From a virus (taxonomy: Duplodnaviria; Heunggongvirae; Uroviricota; Caudoviricetes): a stretch of DNA of 64,000 nucleotides. The notes under the pieces were generated by a model. That model worked only from the letters and a program-made list of their open reading frames with translations. It was not told the origin of the DNA and did not search any database. The DNA is taken from positions 46,677-110,676 of IMG/VR virus record IMGVR_UViG_3300024348_000013; one strand, 5' to 3'. Shown one piece after another: positions 20,050-29,271 of this stretch (the stretch's first letter is position 1; every line of letters begins with the position of its first letter). The translations under genes and the position numbers were made by a program.

Positions 20050-21269
20050 TATGATTTACTTAAAAAGTTTTTAGCTGATAATAAGGTTTTTAATTTACCT
20101 TTGATTGACATAAATGCCGCTACGTTTGTTGGACCGGGTGCAGTTGGTCCTACTGGAGTTGCATATACTTGCTTTGTTATCTCATCTATCAACTCACCCA
20201 TTATTTTAACCAATTCACCACCTAATACCATTTTTTGTACGGCTGCACCGGCATCTCCTTCGCCTTTATCTTTACCCAAATAAATTTTACCACCACTATC
20301 TGAATTTAAAAATATTTTATTATTACCTTTAGAATGTAATGTTATATTTTTATTAGTGTGTACATATACATCTTTTTCAGCATCTACTGTAAATGTGCCA
20401 TCTGTAATAATTCCCGTATTTTTTTTACCAAATATTATAAATTCATTTGCTTTAGCTGATAATATAATTCTATCAGAATTTACAAATAATTGGTCACCTG
20501 TTAATTTATCAGATGTAGGATATTCTTTAAAAGCATCTTTTGTTTTTTTAATAGTTTCTTTAAATGGAACTTTGACTTTACCAGATGTTAAGTAAATCGA
20601 TGTACCATCTTCATTGATATCTTCTTCTATTAATTCGCCAATTGGCTTTTCATCTAATTTTGGATTTTGTTTATTTCGTATGAATATAGATGGAGATGAT
20701 GTCTTATCATCTTCGGTTAAAAATAATTCACTAAAACGAATTGTATTTCCAACTCTACCTTGTAGTATTGTATCTCCTACTTTTGGTTTTAAAAATTTAA
20801 CCTTTTCGTTTACTTTATATTTTGATTTTTCCGAATCTTGTTTTGCTTTAGTTTGATTAGGCGTACCTGTTTCTTTACTTTCTTTATAATCTTTTGAATT
20901 ACTACCGCCGGAAGCTGGTGCTATGCTTCTTTCTTTACCTGCCATTGAAGTTTTATAATCTTCTCTGTAATTTGGGTATTGCGTATTTGTATATGGTAAC
21001 CAAAAACATTCAGTTCCACTTATTATTATAAGAACTGTTTCACCAATGATTGGGTATGTTACATTATTTTTATCAAATGGAAATGCATAATTTTCTTTTA
21101 AAATAGGAGTAGCTCTTTGGAATTCAATAGCACCTAAAAATCTTGCATCTTTTTTATCAAACTTTTTGTTCTCATTATAAAACGTTACAAAATCCGCATC
21201 AGTTTTTAACTCTAAAAAATCTTCTGATTTTAGAAATACTTTTGTTACGGTTGCTAAAAATGATTCCAT
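20049..21269 (-). CDS. baseplate hub/spike-like protein
   Basis: 406 aa; the C-terminal Gly-rich segment GGKIYLGKDKGEGDAGAAVQKMVLGG resembles spike/hub beta-structure. The assignment is tentative. Confidence 0.45.
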   Translation of the reverse strand: MESFLATVTKVFLKSEDFLELKTDADFVTFYNENKKFDKKDARFLGAIEFQRATPILKENYAFPFDKNNVTYPIIGETVLIIISGTECFWLPYTNTQYPNYREDYKTSMAGKERSIAPASGGSNSKDYKESKETGTPNQTKAKQDSEKSKYKVNEKVKFLKPKVGDTILQGRVGNTIRFSELFLTEDDKTSSPSIFIRNKQNPKLDEKPIGELIEEDINEDGTSIYLTSGKVKVPFKETIKKTKDAFKEYPTSDKLTGDQLFVNSDRIILSAKANEFIIFGKKNTGIITDGTFTVDAEKDVYVHTNKNITLHSKGNNKIFLNSDSGGKIYLGKDKGEGDAGAAVQKMVLGGELVKIMGELIDEITKQVYATPVGPTAPGPTNVAAFMSIKGKLKTLLSAKNFLSKS

Positions 21270-21673
21270 TATAATTTAGTTTTAATTTCTTCAATTTCTA
21301 TTTCTAAATCACCCATCTTTTCTTTTGTTTTTTCTTCAACTGCATTTATAGTATCTTCCATATCTTGTAGTAATTGTGCTTTTTCACTCTCACTCAACCA
21401 ACCATCTTCTCCGATGCCTTTAGCTTCTGCAGCTGCTAATCGTTGTCCGATTGTTGCAAGTTTAATTAAGTGGTCATCGTTTTTAACGGATACCTCTATT
21501 AAATCTTTTATAATAGGAGCAATAACAGTAGCTTCTCCTACGTTACGGATAAGTTTTCTTAATGATTCAATTAACTCCGAAATGTTTTTTTTCTTTGTTT
21601 GTTGATTATCGTATATATCCTTAAATAATGATGATAAGTTTTTACCATCAAATAATTGAAATTCTGATGCCAT
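21269..21673 (-). CDS. small coiled-coil protein
   Basis: 134 aa, highly charged and helical. A TATAAATA box lies 6 nt upstream on the minus strand. Confidence 0.5.
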   Translation of the reverse strand: MASEFQLFDGKNLSSLFKDIYDNQQTKKKNISELIESLRKLIRNVGEATVIAPIIKDLIEVSVKNDDHLIKLATIGQRLAAAEAKGIGEDGWLSESEKAQLLQDMEDTINAVEEKTKEKMGDLEIEIEEIKTKL

Positions 21674-21696
21674 ATTGTGTATTTATATACTAATAA

Positions 21697-23406
21697 TTAT
21701 TTACTTATTAAAAACTTCCCCAAAACTAAGTAATTCATATCACAATTATTGAATGTCCAAATTGCTTTTTGTGGGTCATTTGTCATTGTATGGTCTTTTA
21801 AATTGAATGATGTATTCAATAAAATGGGTGTTCCTGTCAATTTTTCAAACTCTTTAAGTAACTCATAGTAAAGTGGGTTATCTTCTTTTTTTAGGGTTTG
21901 TATTCTGGCTGAGTTATCAACGTGTGTTACTGATGGTATATTTACACTATCTTTAACTTGTACTACTTGATTCATATATGGAACATCTTCTTCCGATGCA
22001 AAGTATTTTTGATAATCTTCAATTGTTACCGATGGAGCAAATGGTCTAAACATTTCTCTCTTTTTGACAACCTTATTAATCCTATCTCTTACATCTGGCA
22101 AATGTGGATTAGCTAATATAGAACGATTACCCAATGCTCTTGCACCAAATTCAGTTCTACCTTGAAACCACCCAACTATATTACCTTCGTTGATTAACCT
22201 TGCAACTTCTTTACACAATACTTGCGGTGTTTCATACATTACAATTGCATTACCTCTAACTCTTTTTTGTAATATAATTTTAAGTAATTCAGGGTTAGTC
22301 CATTCCTCACCTAAATATGGAGATTGATTATCTCCACCTTTTACTTTTGGATTACCAAATGTTTGATGATAATGATATAAACATGCACCAATAGCAGAAC
22401 CACTATCGGATGGTGCAAATGGTATCCATACATTTTTAATTGATGTATATTTTTTTATCTTACCATTAGCAGTTCCATTATATGCACATCCACCTCCTAA
22501 TACTAAATTATCACATTCCCAAATATTAATAACTCTATTTATAATAAAATACAACATAGATTCATACCATCGTTGTAATGATGCTGCTAAATCTTTATGA
22601 TGTTGTTCTATTGGTTCATCTTTGAAACGTGGAGGAAAGCCAATCAAATCAATAAGTTTTTGATTAAACATATCCGTTTCCGATGTTTTATATGTAAAGT
22701 ATTTCTGATTTATCTTTATAATATCAATATCATCTCCTATGTGTGCAATTTTGTCAAATATACTATGATATGTTTGACTTTCACCATAAGGTGCTAATCC
22801 CATAACTTTATACTCTCCTTCATTTGGTTTAAATCCTAAATATGCAGTAAATGCTGAATAAACTAATCCTAATGAGTGTGGGAAATGTAGTGTTTGAATT
22901 TTATGAAATCCATTTTCATCACACATTGCAGCGTATATTGTATGAGATTCGCCTACACCATCTACTGATAAACCAATTGCTTTATCAAATGGTGATGTGT
23001 AATACGATAGTGCTAAATGGGAGTGGTGGTGTAATGTATATAAAATTTCACCGGTATACCCAATTGATTCCAATATTCCTTCTAAGTTACCTTCGGTTTC
23101 GTTCCATCTTTTAATAAAACGTCTCCACTTAGGAAAAAATGATTTTAATGGCCAATATTTACTTCCAATGGTTTGTTTAACTCTTTCAAATTTATCTTTT
23201 GGATTTTCATACCAACACACCATATCAACTTCATCAATTGTTATGTTTGCGTATTCTAAACACCATTGGATTGCTTTAAACGGAAAAGAACTATCATGCT
23301 TTTCGCCGGATAGTTTCTCTTCTTCAATTGCACATATTACTTTACCATCTATAACTAATGCTGCTGCTGAATCGTGATAGAAAGCTGATAGTCCTAATTG
23401 TATCAT
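21697..23406 (-). CDS. carbamoyltransferase (NodU/CmcH family)
   Basis: The N-terminus MIQLGLSAFYHDSAAALVIDGKVICAIEEEKLSGEKHDSSFP is the hallmark of NodU/CmcH O-carbamoyltransferases. The 569 aa length is consistent with the Kae1-like plus YrdC-like two-domain architecture. Confidence 0.85.
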   Translation of the reverse strand: MIQLGLSAFYHDSAAALVIDGKVICAIEEEKLSGEKHDSSFPFKAIQWCLEYANITIDEVDMVCWYENPKDKFERVKQTIGSKYWPLKSFFPKWRRFIKRWNETEGNLEGILESIGYTGEILYTLHHHSHLALSYYTSPFDKAIGLSVDGVGESHTIYAAMCDENGFHKIQTLHFPHSLGLVYSAFTAYLGFKPNEGEYKVMGLAPYGESQTYHSIFDKIAHIGDDIDIIKINQKYFTYKTSETDMFNQKLIDLIGFPPRFKDEPIEQHHKDLAASLQRWYESMLYFIINRVINIWECDNLVLGGGCAYNGTANGKIKKYTSIKNVWIPFAPSDSGSAIGACLYHYHQTFGNPKVKGGDNQSPYLGEEWTNPELLKIILQKRVRGNAIVMYETPQVLCKEVARLINEGNIVGWFQGRTEFGARALGNRSILANPHLPDVRDRINKVVKKREMFRPFAPSVTIEDYQKYFASEEDVPYMNQVVQVKDSVNIPSVTHVDNSARIQTLKKEDNPLYYELLKEFEKLTGTPILLNTSFNLKDHTMTNDPQKAIWTFNNCDMNYLVLGKFLISK

Positions 23407-23408
23407 AT

Positions 23409-24149
23409 TTAAATTTTTATATCACCATCTCTATCGTATTCATTATATAAATCCATTTGTCTTTCTTTCATTTTATTGACAACTTTTGTTATATAATGTG
23501 TAGGATGGCCTGTCATTTCTCTAATAAGTAGATATAATGATTTTTTATTAAATGATTCAATATACTCTGCTCTACGGAATAGTTCTAATACCGCATCTGC
23601 TATTTGCATATCTCTTCTTTTTGGAAAATAGTTTTCTAAATGTTTATCCCAATATTGTAACATTCTTACATTGAATGTTCTATGTTCATCATTTCTAACT
23701 TCTTCTCTAAAATTATTTTCAGTATCAAATGATGCGGGTAATGCCGATAAGATATCAGTTTCTTTATATCTTTTGTAATTTGCGTTATTATTTAAAATAA
23801 GATAATTTCTGGCAACAATTGTAAAATATGAAAAGGCTTTACCTTTACCATTTTTATACATATGAATCTTTTCTACCATAAATGCAACAACCTCAGCCAT
23901 TACATCTCTCGGGTCATCATCGAAGTAACTAAATTTCCATTTATTATAAACTATTTCAGCAAGTTTATCAAATGCTGATGCAATCCTTTCTCTATATAAT
24001 TTATCTTTTATATATTGGTCAGTCGTGATATTATATTCTATAATAGCATCTTCAGTATCTTTTGTAAAATACTGTCTATTTGGAGCTCTTTTTCTTTTTG
24101 GTTTATTTGGGTCAGCTTTTACTGATTTAGCTGATTTAGTTACTGCCAT
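23409..24149 (-). CDS. gp55-like late-transcription sigma factor
   Basis: The segment GKGKAFSYFTIVARNYLILNNNANYKRYKE resembles the T4 gp55 region [24 protein letters not shown], with a basic N-terminus. It sits downstream (in transcription order) of the enzyme cluster and immediately upstream of the carbamoyltransferase, coiled-coil and baseplate genes. Confidence 0.55.
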   Translation of the reverse strand: MAVTKSAKSVKADPNKPKRKRAPNRQYFTKDTEDAIIEYNITTDQYIKDKLYRERIASAFDKLAEIVYNKWKFSYFDDDPRDVMAEVVAFMVEKIHMYKNGKGKAFSYFTIVARNYLILNNNANYKRYKETDILSALPASFDTENNFREEVRNDEHRTFNVRMLQYWDKHLENYFPKRRDMQIADAVLELFRRAEYIESFNKKSLYLLIREMTGHPTHYITKVVNKMKERQMDLYNEYDRDGDIKI

Positions 24150-24152
24150 AAT

Positions 24153-24392
24153 TTAAATTTGTTTGAATCTTTCGATGGTTTCTTTTATTTGATAAAATAT
24201 AGAACCTACCTCATCGTCCTTCTCAAACATTTCACGAGAATCTATTTCTCTTAGTGCTTCCAGTAATGCGTTATTTCTTTGTTGTTCTTGTCCTATGAAA
24301 TCTTCATATCTTTCTAACTTATTAAGAAGATTCCATATACTATATCCAGCAATTGCTAAAAATATAGATAAAATTATTATTATTATTTCCAT
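24153..24392 (-). CDS. small membrane protein
   Basis: N-terminal transmembrane helix IIIILSIFLAIAGYSIW followed by a charged tail. Confidence 0.45.
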   Translation of the reverse strand: MEIIIIILSIFLAIAGYSIWNLLNKLERYEDFIGQEQQRNNALLEALREIDSREMFEKDDEVGSIFYQIKETIERFKQI

Positions 24393-24393
24393 A

Positions 24394-25029
24394 TTATACT
24401 ATTTCGTATCCTTGTAAAAAATATTTGTTTGCATGTTTGTATTTAACCTCTTCCATATCACCGGTTGGAGATTTCATTACAATCTTTTCGTTTCTACCAT
24501 AATCCTTTCTCTTTGTAACCGTTGTTGAATATACTCTATCCTTTATGGTGGCGCCATCCAAATGGTCAATCTCATGTTGTACTACTACTGTTTTCATAGT
24601 TTCGGGAGAGATTTGTTCATTTTGTTTATCACCTTCTGCGTTAATTTCAAAACGTATTTCACCTAAGTTATCGGTTTGAACTACAACATACGTTGCTCTA
24701 ATTGTTCTTACAGGCTTTTCCATTGTTGATGGAATCGATAAACATCCTTCAAAAAATAAAAACCCATCTTTAGAACGTTCTGTAATGAAAGGGTTTAATA
24801 AGAATATATCTTCTTCACCAAATTTAATTAAACAAGCTCTTTTTTTGATTCCTAATTGAGTTGCTGAAATTCCAATACCACCATATTTTACTAAAGCCTC
24901 TTCTAATGTAGCTCGTAATTCATCAGCTTCTTTTTGTGTAAATTCTGATTTAGGAATCGGGGTTTTTAAATATTCTCTAAATTCATTGGATATTAATCCT
25001 TGTCGATTTTTGTCTGTTATTAATTTCAT
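24394..25029 (-). CDS. def: peptide deformylase
   Basis: All three PDF motifs are present: GIGISATQLG, EGCLS and HEIDHLDG. Confidence 0.85.
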   Translation of the reverse strand: MKLITDKNRQGLISNEFREYLKTPIPKSEFTQKEADELRATLEEALVKYGGIGISATQLGIKKRACLIKFGEEDIFLLNPFITERSKDGFLFFEGCLSIPSTMEKPVRTIRATYVVVQTDNLGEIRFEINAEGDKQNEQISPETMKTVVVQHEIDHLDGATIKDRVYSTTVTKRKDYGRNEKIVMKSPTGDMEEVKYKHANKYFLQGYEIV

Positions 25030-25030
25030 A

Positions 25031-25240
25031 TTATTTTTTTAATCCGTATTTTATCCATTTATACCAAACTCTTTCGTGAATATAGTATTGTATGGGTTTA
25101 TAAATCAATTCTGCTACTCCAAATGCTGCTCCAACTTTAATTGAACCACTTATCAACCACATTAATAAGAATCCAATTAGGGTACTTAAAATACGATATG
25201 AGATGGTTTTAGCAATGTGTCTCTTACGTTCTACTATCAT
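25031..25240 (-). CDS. DUF2061-like small membrane protein
   Basis: KTISYRILSTLIGFLLMW...YYIHERVW resembles the DUF2061 family. Confidence 0.45.
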   Translation of the reverse strand: MIVERKRHIAKTISYRILSTLIGFLLMWLISGSIKVGAAFGVAELIYKPIQYYIHERVWYKWIKYGLKK

Positions 25241-25617
25241 TATCCTTTGGTTTTATCATAGGTAATAGAGCCATCCGGTGTCATGTGGCCGGTTCTAATA
25301 GCAGTTCCACTAATTACTGCTACATCAGTTGGTGGTTCGTGATATATTACATCATACCCCACTCCTCTACCATAGTTTACTGATTCAATATCAGGAATAA
25401 TACTAATTAGGATTTTATCTATGTTTTTTTGAAAGAATGGTTCTTCCATTAAATCCATCATTACTTTGAATGCTGATTTGGGGTTGTTCTCATCTTCGGG
25501 TACATCTCTAATTGCTACCCAAACGTTTTTACCTTGAGTTAGTTGTTGGTTTATTAACCATTCGTGTCCTTTGTGCCAATTTTGCCATCTTCCGATGTAC
25601 ATTGCGTATTTTTTCAT
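25240..25617 (-). CDS. nucleotidyltransferase of the NadM/NMNAT-cytidylyltransferase family
   Basis: YIGRWQNWHKGH carries the (H/T)xGH motif of the archaeal-type NMN adenylyltransferase GRFQPFHKGH. The C-terminal ISGTAIRTGHM matches the ISxTxIR motif. Confidence 0.65.
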   Translation of the reverse strand: MKKYAMYIGRWQNWHKGHEWLINQQLTQGKNVWVAIRDVPEDENNPKSAFKVMMDLMEEPFFQKNIDKILISIIPDIESVNYGRGVGYDVIYHEPPTDVAVISGTAIRTGHMTPDGSITYDKTKG

Positions 25618-26495
25618 ATTTCTAATTTTTCTTTTAATTGTGGTATTAAATTTTGGGTAAGTGCATCATGTCCTTTTGGTGAAAAATGGCCATCATTGCA
25701 ATATCCTTCTTCTTTTAATGTTTTTACTTTATTTGGATATTCCCAATTTATATTCCAAAACTCTATTTTTTCTATTAATGTTATTCTTTTTGGAAAGCGT
25801 ACATCAACTTGCTCCCACATTCGGCTTGGATTCATTCCATTGATTCCCGTCATATAATCTTCGGATTTTAAATATGGCCAGATTTCTTTGTATTCATTTA
25901 ATACTGGTCCATTTATAAAATTAAATGGTAAAAATTTAATTCCTTTTGATTCTATAAATCCTTTATATTCATACAAATACATTAAAAATTTTGCAATATA
26001 ATAATCAAAATCAAAATGATTTAAAAAATAATACATTGATATCTCATTATTTTCTTCTAATGTTTGAAAATTATAATTTAAAAAATCAATTCTATTTTTA
26101 TTATCATTTGTAGTATCTAATATTTCAACTCTATTAAAAGCTGGTAACTGATAACAAAATACTGCTTTAGTAAAATCAATAGTATCTTCATTATTAATGA
26201 TGAATGAAGTTACTTTTCTAAATTGAGATTCTATTCCTTTACCAGGAATAGAAAGATTGTATGTATTTTCAAACCCCATTTCTTTTCCAATTTGATTGGG
26301 GTATGCTCTAGCTGCTACATCTCTCATAGCATCTTTAACTGATATTACATTTGGAAAATCTTTATAGCATTTTGGATTACACCATTCAACTGGTTTTGTA
26401 TATAAATCTTCCGTTTCTTCATGATTGTTTTCATCAAACATACCACTACCATATGAATGAGAGCAACCAGACCATATTAAGGTTTTATATTTCAT
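25614..26495 (-). CDS. SGNH/GDSL-like hydrolase, paralog 1
   Basis: N-terminal block I variant WSGCSHSYGSG (Cys in place of the GDS aspartate) and block V DGHFSPKGH. Confidence 0.5.
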   Translation of the reverse strand: MKYKTLIWSGCSHSYGSGMFDENNHEETEDLYTKPVEWCNPKCYKDFPNVISVKDAMRDVAARAYPNQIGKEMGFENTYNLSIPGKGIESQFRKVTSFIINNEDTIDFTKAVFCYQLPAFNRVEILDTTNDNKNRIDFLNYNFQTLEENNEISMYYFLNHFDFDYYIAKFLMYLYEYKGFIESKGIKFLPFNFINGPVLNEYKEIWPYLKSEDYMTGINGMNPSRMWEQVDVRFPKRITLIEKIEFWNINWEYPNKVKTLKEEGYCNDGHFSPKGHDALTQNLIPQLKEKLEI

Positions 26496-27387
26496 ATAAT
26501 TTAATAAATGGTAATATTGCTAATTCTTTTGCTTTTGCTTCAACCATAATATCCACATCCAATTCGTATGTATTGGGGAGGGATTTAATATACAATGAGT
26601 GAGCTTGTGGCTTTTCTTTTGGGTTATTTTCATGCAATGCTTTTGATTCTGAATAATGTACAACGGGTGTAATTCCTTCGGGCCAAGTTGTGGCTGCTAA
26701 TTTAAGAGCTGCTTCTTCGGATAAATCGCCTGTACAAAATTGATGGTGATGATAATCGAAAACAATTGGTATTCCAATTGCATTATGTATATACATTAAG
26801 TCTTTAACCGAATACATAGATGCCTTATCATCATTCTCTATTGTAAGTCGTTTTTGAACCGATTTAGAGAGTCTTTGGAAGTTTTTGATGAATCTATCCA
26901 TTGCAGATTTTTTATCTCCGTAGACACCATTACAATGGATATTAATCTTATTATAAGGAGTTTTAGATAACCCCATCATATCGAATATCTTACCATGTAA
27001 TTCTAAATCTGCAATTGCAGCCGATACTACACTTTCTTTTGGCGAAACCAATACAACAAATGGACCAGGATGGGATGTTATACGGATATTATGAAATTTT
27101 GCGAAATCACCTGCTTTCTTTAACTCACTTTTAATTTCTTTATAATCTTTTAATTGAGTTAAATCTAAATTATCACCCCATGGGATAAGTGCAGATGATA
27201 AACGAAAGAAATAGATTCCATTCATTCGATTCCACTCTAAAATTTTGATAATATCTTTGGCGTTAAGTAATGCCAACTCCGAAACATAATCCAAGCCTTT
27301 GGCATTGAACGTTTTCTTCACCATTGAACGATTTGTGGTAACTTTCTTACCCATCGTCATATTAATACATGCATATCCTATATTCAT
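26485..27387 (-). CDS. uvsE: UV DNA damage endonuclease (UvdE/Uve1 family)
   Basis: MNIGYACINMTMGKK...FRLSSALIPWG...HYHHHQ pattern of the TIM-barrel UVDE family; 300 aa. Confidence 0.8.
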   Translation of the reverse strand: MNIGYACINMTMGKKVTTNRSMVKKTFNAKGLDYVSELALLNAKDIIKILEWNRMNGIYFFRLSSALIPWGDNLDLTQLKDYKEIKSELKKAGDFAKFHNIRITSHPGPFVVLVSPKESVVSAAIADLELHGKIFDMMGLSKTPYNKINIHCNGVYGDKKSAMDRFIKNFQRLSKSVQKRLTIENDDKASMYSVKDLMYIHNAIGIPIVFDYHHHQFCTGDLSEEAALKLAATTWPEGITPVVHYSESKALHENNPKEKPQAHSLYIKSLPNTYELDVDIMVEAKAKELAILPFIKLYEI

Positions 27388-27391
27388 ATAT

Positions 27392-27423
27392 CAAATATAA
27401 GAAAATTATTTTAAATTACCAAA
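27392..27423 (-). promoter_or_regulatory. Bacteroidetes-type promoter abutting the UvdE start (leaderless)
   Basis: Minus strand: TTTG-N20-TATATTTG; the -7 box ends 5 nt before the ATG at 27387. Confidence 0.5.
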
Positions 27424-27427
27424 CTTT

Positions 27428-28507
27428 TTAATAAGTTTTTGTATTTTCTAATTCTGTTCTGATTTGTGAGAGTTCTTTTACTGAGCCTTTTTTTGTATTA
27501 ATCCAATATTGAACGGCTTTTGGATTATTTATCCATAAATTCTTTTTATTCCACGGAAAATCAGGATGCATATATTCTTCCCATTGTAAATTGGGCGATT
27601 CTTCTTGTTCTTGTTGAATATTCTCCACATTAACCGAAATTTCTTCTTCTAATGGTGGAATTTTTCCACTATCTCCATAAATTTCGTAATTTTTTTCCAT
27701 TAACTCATCTAAATTATCATATAACCCCAATTTTTGGTCATTTTCCATCATTTCGGTTAAAATCTCTCTTTGCTTTTTCTTTTTATCTTCGATTAAACCA
27801 TTAAATGCGATGATTAGAGCAACTGCAAGTGGGTCAAATACAATTACAATCAAAAATATAAAGAATTTTACAACATTTTTCAATTCCATACCAAATGCTT
27901 CGGCAACAAAACGGAATCCACCAACTTCTTTTTCTAAATCTAAGTTTTTTATCTTAATTTCGTTGATTTTTTCAGTTTCTTTAGCATTTTCGGTTTGTAA
28001 AATGGAAATTTTATTGTTAATTTTACCAATTTCTTTATCTCTGTTATCAATAGAACGAAGTAAGCGTGAATTTACCTTACCACCATCTATAATTTTACCC
28101 TGGTTGGTGTTAAATTCAGTAATTTGCGTGGAAAGTTGCTCAATTTGAATAGTATTTTGGTCAATTTTAGTTTGGTGAACTGCAATTTCTCTATCCACTT
28201 GTTGTAATTGTAGGGATTGCGCCTGAAACGCGTTTGAAAGATATCCAAAAATACCTGCGGAAGTGATTACCATCAATAATGCAACGGCTGATGTTAAATA
28301 CCATTTGTTAAATCCTCCAATTTCATCCCATTTTTGTTTGAGATATGTTGCAGCAACTAATTTAGCTAACTCCAAAGAGCTAGCCATTACCATAACGGAT
28401 ATAGATGCCCCCGCAAAGAGAACACCTAAACCTGTTACGGAGAAATAAGCTGCACAACCCGCTATTATAATAGCAGATAATCCTACTAATACTTTTAGCC
28501 AATTCAT
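27428..28507 (-). CDS. membrane protein with coiled-coil segments
   Basis: Four predicted transmembrane segments flanking a Gln/Ile-rich coiled coil. Confidence 0.5.
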   Translation of the reverse strand: MNWLKVLVGLSAIIIAGCAAYFSVTGLGVLFAGASISVMVMASSLELAKLVAATYLKQKWDEIGGFNKWYLTSAVALLMVITSAGIFGYLSNAFQAQSLQLQQVDREIAVHQTKIDQNTIQIEQLSTQITEFNTNQGKIIDGGKVNSRLLRSIDNRDKEIGKINNKISILQTENAKETEKINEIKIKNLDLEKEVGGFRFVAEAFGMELKNVVKFFIFLIVIVFDPLAVALIIAFNGLIEDKKKKQREILTEMMENDQKLGLYDNLDELMEKNYEIYGDSGKIPPLEEEISVNVENIQQEQEESPNLQWEEYMHPDFPWNKKNLWINNPKAVQYWINTKKGSVKELSQIRTELENTKTY

Positions 28508-28509
28508 AG

Positions 28510-28725
28510 TTATCTTTCTAAATTTACTAATTCATTGATTCTATCAATAACTTTTTTAGTATCTTCAATTACTTGAAGAACTTGATTGTTTGGCAATTGC
28601 ATTGCACCATTAGCAACTGCTTCAATAACTCTAATTTTTCCAACTAGAACATCAATCTGTCCTATTACTTTTTGTTTGTATATCATATTTATAAATATTT
28701 TAAAATAAAAAAAGGTAGAAGTCAT
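28510..28725 (-). CDS. small hypothetical protein
   Basis: 71-aa ORF directly after the terminator hairpin. Confidence 0.4.
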   Translation of the reverse strand: MTSTFFYFKIFINMIYKQKVIGQIDVLVGKIRVIEAVANGAMQLPNNQVLQVIEDTKKVIDRINELVNLER

Positions 28726-28738
28726 TACAACCTCTACC
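28701..28738 (-). terminator. rho-independent terminator after Hsp20 gene
   Basis: The minus strand shows stem AGGTAGAGG/CTTCTACCT (one mismatch) with a 9-nt loop, followed by TTTTTTTATTTT. Confidence 0.6.
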
Positions 28739-28764
28739 TTTGTAAGATACGAAAAATAACTGAA

Positions 28765-29151
28765 TTAACCAACTTTAATGGTTAATTTTTTTGGTTTAGA
28801 TTCCTCTTTCTTTTCAAGTGTAATTAGAAGAATTCCGTTTTTAATCTCTGCTTTAGCGTTTCTACCATCATAATTTTTACCAATAGAGATTCTCTCATCA
28901 ATATCAGAAATTAATTGATTAAAAGGATTTTCCTTATCCTCTTGATTCTTTTTTGCTAAGATTTCAATCTTGTCCTCAAAGCAGTTAATTTCAACATTTT
29001 TTGGTTCATGTCCCAATATGTTCAAAGACATAATTGCTGTATCATCTTTAAATTGTACTGCAAATTTGGTAGGAACATACGTTACTCTCGTTTTAGGTTG
29101 TTCAATTGGAAAAAATTCATCGAACAACTTGTTTAATTCATACGAAATCAT
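28765..29151 (-). CDS. small heat-shock protein (Hsp20/alpha-crystallin)
   Basis: AEIKNGILLITLEKK is the conserved A-x-x-x-nGvL-x-I/V C-terminal ACD motif; 128 aa. Confidence 0.8.
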   Translation of the reverse strand: MISYELNKLFDEFFPIEQPKTRVTYVPTKFAVQFKDDTAIMSLNILGHEPKNVEINCFEDKIEILAKKNQEDKENPFNQLISDIDERISIGKNYDGRNAKAEIKNGILLITLEKKEESKPKKLTIKVG

Positions 29152-29207
29152 AATAAAATAATTTTAACTTAAATAATGTCAGATATAGTTCAATTACTAT
29201 ACCATCC

Positions 29208-29255
29208 CTCACTTTGTTACAATGTTATGACAAATTTACACTCACTTTGTTACAA
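29208..29255. repeat. direct repeat CTCACTTTGTTACAA x2 (33-bp spacing) upstream of Hsp20 gene
   Basis: Exact 15-mer duplicated; shares the TGTTACA core with the iterons. Confidence 0.55.
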
Positions 29256-29271
29256 ATCGGAAATCCTGTCA

